NCBI GenBank assembly: GCA_040954595.2
Contig: CM082577.2
Coordinates: forward strand, 15,135,903-15,199,902
Direction of reading: 5' to 3'
DNA: 64,000 bases
Origin: Balanoglossus misakiensis
Lineage: Eukaryota > Animalia > Hemichordata
In this document: positions 48,561 through 63,500 of the stretch, piece after piece
Numbering within the stretch: the stretch's first letter is position 1
Layout of the letters: the number at the start of each line of letters is the position of its first letter
Notes under the pieces: model-generated
What the model saw: only the letters and a program-made list of their open reading frames with translations
Databases searched by the model: none
Told to the model about the DNA's origin: nothing
Position numbers and translations under genes: made by a program

Positions 48561-50418
48561 CCACGATCGTGACGTCACACTATTCAATAGACAAGTCATT
48601 CACTGATAGAACCTCCGTCTCACACAAAACCACAGGTTGAAAACCAAGTCCCGGGTAGTTCTAGAACCCCTGGAGGTGGTTCTAGAACTGTCGTTACAAA
48701 ACAAAAATACAAATACAAAATGCTTTATTTGCATAATTACATTTACTTCTATACCTGTGTTCAAAGTACAATTCATTTGGATAGATTAATTGTTATGTTA
48801 ATTGAAAGCGAACTGGATATGCGACAGTCTCCAGACCATTTCATTCAATGCTTCACATTCACAGTTTTGTCTACTGACGTACAAAGCTAATGTCTTGGTG
48901 GCTCTCGTGAGTCTTCATAACATGATAAAGTATAAAATAGACAAAAAATCAATTCACCAGAAACAAACTAACGTTGCAATAAATATACTACAAATTTCTA
49001 GAAAATTATACTAAATCACATCATCACCAGATTTGCTTGTATTACTCTAATCCGATGCTTCACTTCGATTTTGCTTCACTACCGACATGTAACAAGGTTG
49101 GCTTTTTTACTATTTAACAAAACCCGCGTACCTTGCAAAATTCTGCTTACTTTTTGTTGCTGTTCACCAGATGTGCGTTTGTAATGTCGGACGGCTCGGT
49201 ATCAAGTCTTTTCGCAGATTAGTTACTCACCAATATCGCTACCATACAGACGCATTGCCGCTGTGGCTCGTAGAGAGTTGTTCGTTCAAAAGCCAGAGAT
49301 GCCAATACACAGACGGGCAGTAGTACCATGTAGAGCATTGTGACCCGGATTTTGCTTTACCAACATGTAGCCGCTTGTTTTCGCAGATGATATAGATCGG
49401 AACTATCTTCAGATCGATTTCATGGACATTTGAAGGAAAATAAACTAAAAACGTGACACTTAGGCCTACTGCATTTGGCCTAGAAAATGTTCGCGTAAGC
49501 TTACCATGTGCACGCAAAACCCCTATAGCTGCAACCCTTCCCAAAATACACTACGTAACACACCTGAAAAGTTTAATTTGATGCAAATTGAAGTTTGAAA
49601 TTAGCATACCACTCCGACACGTAAGCATGAACATTTAGAGCTGTAACACCTGTCAAGCGTGGGCGATCTTGTAAGGCCCAGCAAGGCGGTCTGGAACTAC
49701 CTGCCCACGACATGATTCATTTATAGGAAGAGGGGTGGCCAACCAAATTTCACAGTCAGCAATGAAGAATAAGCCTCCTTTAACACAATTTTGTTCCTTA
49801 TATTTTACTGAATCGTTGTGTAATACGACGTCTTAAAGATACACAAAGCTCTAATGGGGACAAAGTCTGTGGGGGATCGTGGTTTAAGTAATATAGAACT
49901 ACCTCCCCCTCGGTGGTTCTCTATTACGTAACCCGTCTAACACCATTAATTATCGTTTGGCCAACCGGTTCTCTGCAAAGGTTACAAGAAGTTACAAAAA
50001 AGTTCGAGCAACATCAGGGGCTTCCACAGTGACTAGGTTGTATAGATAGGACGCACATTCCAATAAAAGGTCCTAGTGAGCGGGTTAGTTGAAACAACGT
50101 GTAGACCCGATATTTTAATATCAGGGCCCTAAGGGTCCAGGTAAAACCGTGTTCGAAACTTTTTTAAAAGGTGGGATTCTTTTAATTTGCATCGGAATTT
50201 TGCGGTCCGTTGCACTACGTCTGGCATTTCCTGTGAATGTTACCGTCACGATAAACACGTAATATTTATGGCTTACTCACATGCAGACGTAAATGTTGTA
50301 ATGTAATATGAGCTTACCCTACGTGCCATAACAAAATTATGATGATGAATCGGCCCGTTTGAGACGAGGCGAAAATCGAAAGTTTTAGAAATTATTATGT
50401 TTATATAATTCTTTATTA

Positions 50419-50484
<66 letters not shown>
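50419..50484. repeat. (ATT)n microsatellite; similar tracts at 55377-55415 and 57529-57564
   Basis: Pure ATT runs bordering the 1.6-kb arrays. Confidence 0.97.
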
Positions 50485-50488
<4 letters not shown>

Positions 50489-53400
50489 GTTAAGGGGTTT
50501 AAAGAATTATATAAACAATCTATCAATTTAATAAGCACGGGTGGATTTCCTGTACAATCATTCGTGATACTTCAGATTCATAAAGACAACATTTTTCAAA
50601 GTGGCCTATGTATCTAAAATTGCAGACGACGTTTCAACGCTTTCGGTTGGAGATTTTCTACCTAATATTCACAAAAAGACCTCGGGTATTGTTAAACACT
50701 ATTTAAAACATTGTTACCCGGTGAGTCTGGTGGAGTGTGTACGACAGATCTGAGGTACAAAACTTCGCTCGAAACCCAACACGAGTTGGAGACCGAGTTT
50801 ATTTACGTACAACATTGTAGCAATTTTTCGTATGTTTGCGCGCGCTCTGGAATCACGCGATGTCAACTGAGTGTGAACGAGCTGTTTCGCGTCGTGTCGT
50901 CTGCCCAGTTTTCGTGGCTAAAACGACAGGAATAATACCCCACTTGGCTTTAGAATTGCACATATCATGAGATTTGAGCGCCATAGAAACCGCAGATATC
51001 GTGGAACAGGAAGGTTAGTGTTAAAATTATTGTTTTTAATCAAAGTATTGACCTCTGAGTTATGCTACGTTTGTGTCGGTGTCAAACGGACGCAATGTTT
51101 ACAATACAAGGCAGCCAAATAGAATCAGAGAAATGAAGAAATATTATCACGATATTTTGGATTTCGTGTTATTATTTCTCGGGAATGTTATTGTTTTCTC
51201 AGACGAGGTGACAGGACAGACACACGAGGCATCTCGCGGTTCCGTTTTCAATGTTGAATTTTATGTTTTGGCTGTATTTGCGTGTCAGCTGACAGGTCTT
51301 CGCATTCATCAGAAGCTATCGTGCGTCGCTGAGATTTGATTCTTCATAGACGAAAATTATTTCATAACCATACCAAATAAAACATTTCCAGAAATTTAGA
51401 AGTTTGCAGACTTTTCTGCTAGTAGTCTATTTAGTGTTGAAGTCACGCTGAACTGCCAAATTTAACACAGACTCGCTGTCAATACTCAAACAGTGTACTT
51501 CTACGAGTGTGTCCTGTAACTGCCTTCCTTCAATAACCCATGTCATACAACAACAAATAGACGGTAAACGTTTATGCAATACCAAAGAATTTATGTTTTA
51601 AAACTGGTCGACAGTCTGGAAATGCATGAACAATCGATTGATTGGATTCCTTAACTTTACTATTGTATCTTGTATTTTTTTGTAGTTACACTGTGGAAAT
51701 CGGCAGGCTGCATTGCCAGTTTTTCTGCACATGCGCAGTTCCTCTGTCTTGAAAGAAAAGTCAAATTTCACCAACTTATTATTGTGCATTCGGAAAATAA
51801 ACCCCAAATGTTTTCTTTGTGAACAAAAATACTGCCAGTGTGATTTTGTGTTCAAATCCAACCAATTATTATGTAAATTGACTTGTGATACCCTCTCTTA
51901 GCACAAAAAGCATAATTTCAGCCCCAAAATGGTTGCCATAGAAACATGTGATCACTAAACGGATATCATTTTTGTTCTTATTGAGCCAAGATACCCCTAT
52001 GGTGAAATTTTTGTGGAAATCGGACCTATTATTATTAAAATTATTATTTTTATATAATTCTTTATTTAATTATTTAATTATTATTACCAGTTTAGGGGTT
52101 TAAAGAATTATATAAACAATTTATAAATTTAATAAGCACGGGTGGATTTTCTGTACAATCATTCCTGATTCTTCAGATTCATAATTTAGCGCTAAAGACA
52201 TCATTTTTCAAAGTGGCCTATATCTAAAATTGCCGACGTTTCAACGCTTTCGTTGGAGATTTTCTACATATTCACAAAAAGACCACGGGTATTGTTAACA
52301 CTATTTAAAACCTTGTTACCCGGTGAGTCTGGTGAGGTAAAAAACTTTACTCTAAACCCAACGCAAGTTTATTTACGTACAACATTGTAGCAATTTTTCG
52401 AGTGTACGCGCGCGCTCTGAAATCGTGCGATGTCAACTGAGTGTGAACGAGCTGTTTCGCGTCGTGTCGTCTGCCCAGTTTTCGTGGCTAAAACGACAGG
52501 AATACTACCCCAGTTGGCTTTAGAATTGCACATATCGTGAGATTTGAGCGCCATAGTAACCGCAGATATCGTGGAACAGGAAGGTTGGTGTTAAAATCAT
52601 TGTTTTTAATCGAAATATTGACCTCTGAGTTATGGTACGTTTGTGTCAGTGTCAAACGGACGCAATGTTTACACGTCAGCCAAATAGAATCGGAGAAATG
52701 AAGAAATGTTATCACGATACTTTGGATTTCGTGTTATTATCTCTCGAGTATTTTATTGTTTTCTCAGACGAGTTTCCGTTTTCAATGTTGAATTTTATGT
52801 TTTGACTGCATTTGCTTGTCCGCTGACGGGTCTTCGCATTCATCAGAAGCTATCGTGCGTCGCTGAGATTTGATTCTTCATAAACGAAAATTGTTTCATC
52901 ACCATACCAAATAAAACATTTCCAGAAATTTAGAAGTTTGAAGACTTTTCTGCTAGTTGTTTATTTAGTGTTGAAGTCACGCTAAACTGCCAAATTTAGC
53001 AGGGACTCGCCGTCAACACTCAAACAGTGTACTTCTTCTACGAGTGTGTCCTGTAACTGCCTTCCTTCGATAAACATACAACAACAAATAGACGGTAAAC
53101 TTTTATGCAATACCAATGGATTTATGTTTTAAAACTGGTCGACAGTCAGGAAATATGCATGAACAATCGATTGATTGGATTCCTCAGCGATACTATTGTA
53201 TCTTGTGATTTTTTGTAGTGAAACTGTGGAAATCGGCAGGCTGCATTGCCAGATGTTCTGCACATGCGCAGTTCCTCTGTATTGAAAGAAAAGTCAGATT
53301 TCACCAACTTATAAATGTGCATTCGGAAAATAAACCCCAAATATTTCTTTGTGACCAAAAATACTGCCAGTGTGATTTTGTGTTCAAATCCAAGCTATTA

Positions 53401-55376
53401 TTATTCAAATTGACTTGTGATACCCTCTCTTAGCACAAAAAGCATAATTTCAGCCCCGAAATGGTTGCCATAGAAACATGTGATCACTAAACGGATATCG
53501 TTTTTGTTCTTTTTGAGCCAAAACACCCCTATGGTGAATTTTTTGTGGAAATCGGACCTATTATTATTAAAATTATTATTTTTATATAATTCTTTATTTA
53601 ATTATTACCAGTTAAGGGGTTTAAAGAATTATATAAACAATTTATCAATTTAATAAGCACGGGTGGATTTTCTGTACAATTAATCATTCCTGATTCTTCA
53701 GATTCATAATTTAGCGCTATTAAAAGACAACATTTTTCAAAGCGGCCTATATCTAAAATTGCAGACGTTTCAACGCTTTCGGTTGGAGATTGTCTACATA
53801 TTCACAAAACGACCACGGTTATTGTTAACACTATTTAAAACCTTGTTACCCGGTGAGTCTGGTGGCGTGTGTACGACAGATCTGAGGTACAAAACTTCGC
53901 TCGAAACCCAACGGGAGTTGGAGACCGAGTTTATTTACGTACAACATTGTAGAAATTTTTCGTATGTTTGCGCGTGCTCTGAAATCACGCGATGTCAACT
54001 GAGTGTGAACGAGCTGTTTTGCGTCGTGTCGTCTGCCCAGTTTTCGTGGCTAAAACGACAGGAATAATACCCCAGTTGGCTTTGAAATTGTACATATCTT
54101 GAGATTTGAGCGCCATAGAAACCGCAGATATCGTGGAACAGGAAGGTTAGTGTTAAAATCATTGTTTTTAATCGAAATATTGACCTCTGAGTTATGCTAG
54201 TTTGTGTCAATGCCAAACGAACGCGATGTTACACGGCGGCCAAATAGAATCGGAGAAATGTGGAAATGTTATCACGATACTTTGGCTTTCGTATTACTAT
54301 TTTGGGGGAATTTTATTATTTTCTCAGAGGAGGTGACAGAACAGACACACAATGCATCTCGCGGTTCCGTTTTCAGTTGAATTTGATATTTTGACTGTAT
54401 TTGCGAGTCAGCTGATGGGTCCTCGCATTCATCAGAAGCTATCGTGCGTCGCTGAGATTTGATTCTTCACAAACGAAAATTATTTCATAACCATACCAAA
54501 TAAAAAATTTCCAGAAATTTAGAAGTTTGTAGACTTTTCTGCTAAGTTGTCTATTTAGTGTTGAAGTCACGCTGAACTGCCAAAATTTAACATAGACTCG
54601 CCGTCAACACTCAAACAGTGTACGGCTACGAGTGTGTGTCCTCTGTAACTGCCTTCCTTCGATAACCATACAACAACAACAACTAGACGGTAAACGTTTA
54701 TGCAATGGACTAATGTTTTAAAACTAGTCGACATTAAGGACGTATGCATGAACAATCGATTGATTGGATTCCCCAGCGATACTATTTTAACTTGCGCTTT
54801 TTTGTGGTGAAACTGAAAATCGGCAGGCTGCATTGCCAGGTGTTCTGCACATGTGCAGTTCCTCTGTCTTGAAAGAAAAGTCAAATTTCACCAACTTATT
54901 AATGTGCATTCGGAAAATAAAGCCCAAACGAATTCTTTGTGACCAAAAATACTGCCAGTGTGATTTTTGTTTCAAATCCAACCTATTATTATTATTTGAA
55001 TTGATTTGTGATACCCTCTCTTAGCACAATTGTCATTGCAATGGACTGTTTTAAATAGGATTTTGGAAAAATGTATAATTTTAGCCCCCGAACGAGTGAC
55101 ATTAAAACGTGTGTTATCAAAACAAAAATCATATTTATTTGTCTTTGACCTTAGGTACATATTTGGCGAAATTTCGGAGTGATCTGACTACTTATTTATG
55201 GAATTTTGTAAAAAAAAGCATAATTTGAGCCCCAAAATAGTTGCCATAGAAACATGTGATCACAAAACGGATATCATTGTTGTGTTTTATGAGCCAAGAT
55301 ACTCCTTTGATGAAATTTTCGTGGAAATCAGACCTATTATTATTAAAATTATTATTTTTATATAATTCTTTATTTA

Positions 55377-55415
<39 letters not shown>
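50485..55415. repeat. Tandem array 1 of the ~1.6-kb unit (3 copies, starting 50485, 52086, 53607)
   Basis: Each unit starts ACCAG(T)TAAGGGGTTTAAAGAATTATATAAAC and ends TTTATATAATTCTTTATTTAATT(ATT)n. Internal sequence is colinear and highly similar between copies. Confidence 0.95.
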
Positions 55416-55416
<1 letters not shown>

Positions 55417-55860
55417 CACAGGAAGATTATTATTTGAATAGGAAAGAATTTCATTCCATCATACTTTAAGGCGTTTGCGATGCTGATTACCTGTTCACGG
55501 ATATATATTGTGGATGGCCTGGCTGACGGTTCCTTTCCGAGATACAGGAACATTGAATCACGCACAGAGGTCATTCAATAGAAGACTTAGTTCAAAAAGG
55601 CAGCGTATCGAACAAACATTTGGATTGTTGAAGGGACGGTTTCGAAAAATTCGCGTAACAATGGATGTTGATGTCATCGAGGACATTCCTACGATCGTCA
55701 GTACCTGCTGTGTTTTACACAACATATGCTGTATGGGAGAGGATAAAACAACTTTCTCGCGTACTTGGAGGGAAACGAGGCTGAGATCAACGACTTTGAC
55801 AATGTATTTCATAACGATATCGAAGCTGTCGGGAAGAGGAACGAATTAGTTGCATTGTTG
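55416..55860 (+). pseudogene. Decayed PIF/Harbinger transposase, catalytic and C-terminal part
   Basis: DYYLNRKEFHSIIL*GVCDADYLFTDIYCGWPG, then after a frameshift/deletion WLTVPFRD..FNRRLSSKRQRIEQTFGLLKGRFR..CCVLHNIC. These are DDE_Tnp_4/HARBI1 motifs. Confidence 0.9.
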
Positions 55861-57527
55861 TAAAAATACATCGGACAATTATATAATTGATGTTTGAATA
55901 ACTTGATGGGCAGATGGCCCGATTTGTGAAAGAGCGATTGAAAATGAAATTCGTGTGAATTGATATGTTATTTTAAATAAATATATATATATGAAAAGTT
56001 GTTTGAATTTCGGAGCAGAAATAATACATTCGAAGTTTAAAATATCTGAGTGTGGTATTACTGGTTCAAAGAGGACATAGTTATTAAACCGGCGGCCATT
56101 CCTCTACAATCAACGTAGCTGCCTTAGTTTATATTACCTAACTCTTGTCGTCTATTATTTATGAATAATGAAGGGGTCAATATTTATCATAAACTGAAAA
56201 TATATGTGTTGAAATTGAAGAAAGTACACAGATTTTAGCAAGGTTGAACACCAAAGCTCCCAGTGTGTGTTTCAGTGTATATACAGTTAATAATTGATGC
56301 TGGAGCGTGCCAAATATACCACAGTCAGGTATTTCACAGAAAATATAGGGTACTTTCTTCATTTTCATCACAGATATATGGATAAATTTCCCGCCAGCAG
56401 AGCAGTGCAGAGTAGATAATAGCCTATGATCTCACAATTGAGGTCCCTTCGATTTGCGGGCTTGTACATTACGGCTATCGGTGGCGAGGTGGTGACTGTA
56501 CTGACCGGCAATGGTGGGGTCTTAAGTTGTCGCTACATGCAACACTGTAATACAGTATGGTATGGCTTTGGCATTGTTGCCAATCATTCGATGACGGCAG
56601 TGAGCGTACTGAGTGAGAGAAGGTGAACGGAAGCATTTGCCTTACAGTTACGACAGCAGGATTTACAGGGTGTGAAAGACTTGATACCCGAATTAAAAAT
56701 AAGCTGTCGCTTGAAGTTCGGACGGGCCAAAAAGTCGACTGGACTGGCTTTGGGGTACACGCCCACCTGGCCCTTTTCTTGAAAATTATTAAACCATATT
56801 CGGTGCTGTGAGATTCTACACGGCAACAAACCTCGACTTCACCCAAACAGTGATTTTACGTGTTGTGGGTATAGGCATAGCACAGACACTTTAAAGGCAA
56901 GGCATGAAACACATTTCGAATGTGCATTCAAGAGAAAAATATGTTTGAGAGACAACATGCCGAATTTCGCGTGACTGGGTCCAACAAATGTTTTATACAT
57001 AATGTCCGCTGGTTATGACTCAAACACTTTGATGATTAATACTACTTTTGTTTATTTTATCCATTTATCGGAAGCAACAAATTTAATATTCATTTATTTC
57101 TTTTCATTTTATGACACTCATAAATACATAAATACTAAAGTCACGCATTATTTACTATAACTGGTGAATATTTGATGAAATAGGGGGGAAATCTCATACA
57201 AGATTCATCGCGAGATGTAATGCCCGAATCATCAAATTAAACATTAACCGTTTTGAATACGACTTTTTTCCACGTGGATAAATGCATTTTTCATGACAAA
57301 GCATTTGTATAAGTTCCATGTATAATTTAAGATTGAAACTTTTTGCTGACGTATCAAGAATGCGTTAACTGTTATCCTCGCGAACACGTTTTTATATTAC
57401 AGTCGCCAGCAAACCATTCACATTTCTCGATAACACATCAGTTTAATGAATTAATGTTCAAAGCTTTAGATGTATGATGTCAAAAGTGATTACTGTACAG
57501 TGTCTATAATGATCACATTACGTTGTC

Positions 57528-57564
<37 letters not shown>

Positions 57565-57568
<4 letters not shown>

Positions 57569-60500
57569 GTTAAGGGGTTTAAAGAATTATATAAACAATC
57601 TATCAATTTAATAAGCACGGGTGGATTTCCTGTACAATCATTCGTGATACTTCAGATTCATAAAGACAACATTTTTCAAAGTGGCCTATGTATCTAAAAT
57701 TGCAGACGACGTTTCAACGCTTTCGGTTGGAGATTTTCTACCTAATATTCACAAAAAGACCTCGGGTATTGTTAAACACTATTTAAAACCTTGTTACCCA
57801 GTGAGTCTGGTGGCGTGTGTACGACAGATCTGAGGTACAAAACTTCGCTCGAAACCCAACACGAGTTGGAGACCGAGTTTATTTACGTACAACATTGTAG
57901 CAATTTTTCGTATGTTTGCGCGCGCTCTGAAATCACGCGATGTCAACTGAGTGTGAACGAGCTGTTTCGCGTCGTGTCGTCTGCCCAGTTTTCGTGGCTA
58001 AAACGACAGGAATAATACCCCAGTTGGCTTTAGAATTGCACATATCATGAGATTTGAGCGCCATAGAAACCGCAGATATCGTGGAACAGGAAGGTTAGTG
58101 TTAAAATTATTGTTTTTAATCAAAGTATTGACCTCTGAGTTATGCTACGTTTGTGTCGGTGTCAAACGGACGCAATGTTTACAATGTACAAGGCAGCCAA
58201 ATAGAATCAGAGAAATGAAGAAATGTTATCACGATACTTTGGATTTCGTGTTATTATTTCTCGGGAATTTTATTGTTTTCTCAGACGAGGTGACAGGACA
58301 GACACACGAGGCATCTCGCGGTTCCGTTTTCAATGTTGAATTTTATGTTTTGGCTGTATTTGCGTGTCAGCTGACAGGTCTTCGCATTCATCAGAAGCTA
58401 TCGTGCGTCGCTGAGATTTGATTCTTCATAGACGAAAATTATTTCATAACCATACCAAATAAAACATTTCCAGAAATTTAGAAGTTTGCAGACTTTTCTG
58501 CTAGTTGTCTATTTAGTGTTGAAGTCACGCTGAACTGCCAACTTTAACACAGACTCGCTGTCAATACTCAAACAGTGTACTTCTACGAGTGTGTCCTGTA
58601 ACTGCCTTCCTTCAATAACCCATGTCATACAACAACAAATAGACGGTAAACGTTTATGCAATACCAATGAATTTATGTTTTAAAACTGGTCGACAGTCTG
58701 GAAATGCATGAACAATCGATTGATTGGATTCCTTAACGATACTATTGTATCTTGTATTTTTTTGTAGTTACACTGTGGAAATCGGCAGGCAGCATTGCCA
58801 GTTTTTCTGCACATGCGCAGTTCCTCTGTCTTGAAAGAAAAGTCAAATTTCACCAACTTATTATTGTGCATTCGGAAAATAAACCCCAAATATTTTCTTT
58901 GTGAACAAAAATACTGCCAGTGTGATTTTGTGTTCAAATCCAACCAATTATTATGTAAATTGACTTGTGATACCCTCTCTTAGCACAAAAAGCATAATTT
59001 CAGCCCCAAAATGGTTGCCATAGAAACATGTGATCACTAAACGGATATCATTTTTGTTCTTATTGAGCCAAGAAACCCCTATGGTGAAATTTTTGTGGAA
59101 ATCGGTCCTATTATTATTAAAATTATTATTTTTATATAATTCTTTATTTAATTACCAGTTTAGGGGTTTAAAGAATTATATAAACAATTTATAAATTTAA
59201 TAAGCACGGGTGGATTTTCTGTACAATCATTCCTGATTCTTCAGATTCATAATTTAGCGCTAAAGACATCATTTTTCAAAGTGGCCTATATCTAAAATTG
59301 CCGACGTTTCAACGCTTTCGTTGGAGATTTTCTACATATTCACAAAAAGACCACGGGTATTGTTAACACTATTTAAAACCTTGTTACCCGGTGAGTCTGG
59401 TGAGGTAAAAAACTTTACTCTAAACCCAACGCAAGTTTATTTACGTACAACATTGTAGCAATTTTTCGAGTGTACGCGCGCGCTCTGAAATCGTGCGATG
59501 TCAACTGAGTGTGAACGAGCTGTTTCGCGTCGTGTCGTCTGCCCAGTTTTCGTGGCTAAAAAGACAGGAATACTACCCCAGTTGGCTTTAGAATTGCACA
59601 TATCGTGAGATTTGAGCGCCATAGTAACCGCAGATATCGTGGAACAGGAAGGTTGGTGTTAAAATCATTGTTTTTAATCGAAATATTGACCTCTGAGTTA
59701 TGGTACGTTTGTGTCAGTGTCAAACGGACGCAATGTTTACACGTCAGCCAAATAGAATCGGAGAAATGAAGAAATGTTATCACGATACTTTGGATTTCGT
59801 GTTATTATCTCTCGAGTATTTTATTGTTTTCTCAGACGAGTTTCCGTTTTCAATGTTGAATTTTATGTTTTGACTGCATTTGCTTGTCCGCTGACGGGTC
59901 TTCGCATTCATCAGAAGCTATCGTGCGTCGCTGAGATTTGATTCTTCATAAACGAAAATTGTTTCATCACCATACCAAATAAAACATTTCCAGAAATTTA
60001 GAAGTTTGAAGACTTTTCTGCTAGTTGTTTATTTAGTGTTGAAGTCACGCTAAACTGCCAAATTTAGCAGGGACTCGCCGTCAACACTCAAACAGTGTAC
60101 TTCTTCTACGAGTGTGTCCTGTAACTGCCTTCCTTCGATAAACATACAACAACAAATAGACGGTAAACGTTTATGCAATACCAATGGATTTATGTTTTAA
60201 AACTGGTCGACAGTCAGGAAATATGCATGAACAATCGATTGATTGGATTCCCCAGCGATACTATTGTATCTTGTGATTTTTTGTAGTGAAACTGTGGAAA
60301 TCGGCAGGCTGCATTGCCAGATGTTCTGCACATGCGCAGTTCCTCTGTATTGAAAGAAAAGTCAGATTTCACCAACTTATAAATGTGCATTCGGAAAATA
60401 AACCCCAAATATTTCTTTGTGACCAAAAATACTGCCAGTGTGATTTTGTGTTCAAATCCAAGCTATTATTATTCAAATTGACTTGTGATACCCTCTCTTA

Positions 60501-63500
60501 GCACAAAAAGCATAATTTCAGCCCCGAAATGGTTGCCATAGAAACATGTGATCACTAAATGGATATCGTTTTTGTTCTTTTTGAGCCAAAACACCCCTAT
60601 GGTGAATTTTTTGTGGAAATCGGACCTATTATTATTAAAATTATTATTTTTATATAATTCTTTATTTAATTATTATTATTATTACCAGTTAAGGGGTTTA
60701 AAGAATTATATAAACAATCTATCAATTTAATAAGCACGGGTGGATTTCCTGTACAATCATTCGTGATACTTCAGATTCATAAAGACAACATTTTTCAAAG
60801 TGGCCTATGTATCTAAAATTGCAGACGACGTTTCAACGCTTTCGGTTGGAGATTTTCTACCTAATATTCACAAAAAGACCTCGGGTATTGTTAAACACTA
60901 TTTAAAACCTTGTTACCCGGTGAGTCTGGTGGCGTGTGTACGACAGATCTGAGGTACAAAACTTCGCTCGAAACCCAACACGAGTTGGAGACCGAGTTTA
61001 TTTACGTACAACATTGTAGCAATTTTTCGTATGTTTGCGCGCGCTCTGGAATCACACGATGTCAACTGAGTGTGAACGAGCTGTTTCGCGTCGTGTCGTC
61101 TGCCCAGTTTTCGTGGCTAAAACGACAGGAATAATACCCCAGTTGGCTTTAGAATTGCACATATCATGAGATTTGAGCGCCATAGAAACCGCAGATATCG
61201 TGGAACAGGAAGGCTAGTGTTAAAATTATTGTTTTTAATCAAAGTATTGACCTCTGAGTTATGCTACGTTTGTGTCGGTGTCAAACGGACGCAAAGTTTA
61301 CAATACAAGGCAGCCAAATAGAATAAGTGAAATGAAGAAATGTTATCACGATATTTTGGATTTCGTGTTATTATTTCTCGGGAATTTTATTGTTTTCTCA
61401 GACAAGGTGACAGAACACAGGCTCAAGGCATCTCGCGGTTCCGTTTTCAATGTTGAATTTTATGTTTTGGCTGTATTTGCGTGTCAGCTGACAGGTCTTC
61501 GCATTCATCAGAAGCTATCGTGCGTCGTTGAGATTTGATTCTTCATAGACGAAAATTATTTCATAACCATACCAAATAAAACATTTCCAGAAATTTAGAA
61601 GTTTGCAGACTTTTCTGCTAGTTGTCTATTTAGTGTTGAAGTCACGCTGAACTGCCAAATTTAACACAGACTCACTGTCAATACTCAAACAGTGTACTTC
61701 TACGAGTGTGTCCTGTAACTGCCTTCCTTCAATAACCCATGTCATACAACAACAAATAGACGGTAAACGTTTATGCAATACCAATGAATTTATGTTTTAA
61801 AACTGGTCGACAGTCTGGAAATGCATTAACAATCGATTGATTGGATTCCTTAACGATACTATTGTATCTTGTATTTTTTGTAGTTACACTGTGGAAATCG
61901 GCAGGCTGCATTGCCAGTTTTTCTGCACATGCGCAGTTCCTCAGTCTTGAAAGAAAAGTCAAATTTCACCAACTTATTATTGTGCATTCGGAAAATAAAC
62001 CCCAAATGTTTTCTTTGTGAACAAAAATACTGCCAGTGTGATTTTGTGTTCAAATCCAACTAATTATTATGTAAATTGACTTGTGATACCCTCTCTTAGC
62101 ACAAAAAGCATAATTTCAGCCCCAAAATGGTTGCCATAGAAACATGTGATCACTAAACGGATATCATTTTTGTTCTTTTTGAGCCAAGATACCCTTATGG
62201 TGAAATTTTTGTGGAAATCGGACCTATTATTATTAAAATTATTATTTTTATATAATTCTTTATTTAATTATTATTATTATTACCAGTTAAGGGGTTTAAA
62301 GAATTATATAAACAATTTATCAATTTAATAAGCACGGGTTTATTTTCTGTACAATCATTCCTGATTCTTCAGATTCATAATTTAGTGCTAAAGACAACAT
62401 TTTTCAAAGTGGCCTATGTATCTAAAATTGCAGACGTTTCAACGCTTTCGGTTGGAGATTTTCTACATATTCACAAAAAGACCACGGGTATTGTTAAACA
62501 CTATTTAAAACCTTGTTACCCGGTGAGTCTGTCTGGTGGCGTGTGTACGACAGATCTGAGGTACAAAACTTCTCTCGAAACCCAACGCGAGTTGGAGACC
62601 GAGTTTATTTACGTACAACATTGTAGCAATTTTTCGTATGTTTGCGCGCGCTCCGAAGTCACACTATGTCAACGCGAGTGTGAACGAGCTGTTTCGCGTC
62701 GTGACGTCTGCCCAGTTTTCGTGGCTAAAACGACAGGAATAATACCCCACTTGGCTTTAGAATTGCACATATCGTGAGATTTGAGCACCATAGAAACCGT
62801 AGATATCGTGGAACAGGAAGGTTATTGTTCAAATCATTGCTTTTAATCGAAGTATTGACCTCTGAGTTATGCTACGTTTGTTTCGGTGTCAAACGGACGC
62901 AATGTTTACACGGCAGCCAAATATAAACGGAGAAATAAATGAAGAAATGTTATCATGATACTTTGGATTTCGTGTTATTATTTCTCGGGAATTTTATTGT
63001 TTTCTCAGACGAGCTGACAGGACAGACACACGAGGCATCTCGCGGTTCCGTTTTCAGTGTTGATTTTCAGTGTTGAATTTGATATTTTGACTGTATTTGC
63101 GTGACAGCTGACGGGTCTTCGCATTCATTAGAAGCTATCGTGCGTCGCTGAGATTTGATTCTTCATATAATTAAACGAAAACTATTTCATAACCATACCA
63201 AATAAAACATTTCCAGAAATTTAGAAGTTTGCAGACTTTTCTGCTAAGTTGTCTATTTAGTGTTGAAGTCACGCTGAACTGCCAAATTTAACAGACTCAC
63301 CGTCAACACTCAAATAGTGTACTTCTTCTACGAGTGTGTTCTGTAACTGCCTTCCTTCGATAATCATACAACAACAAATAGACAGTAAACGTGTATGCAG
63401 TACCAATGGATTTATGTTTTAAAAATGGTCGACAGTCAGGAAATATGCATGAACAATCGATTGATTGGAATCCCCAGCGATACTATTATATCTTGTGATT

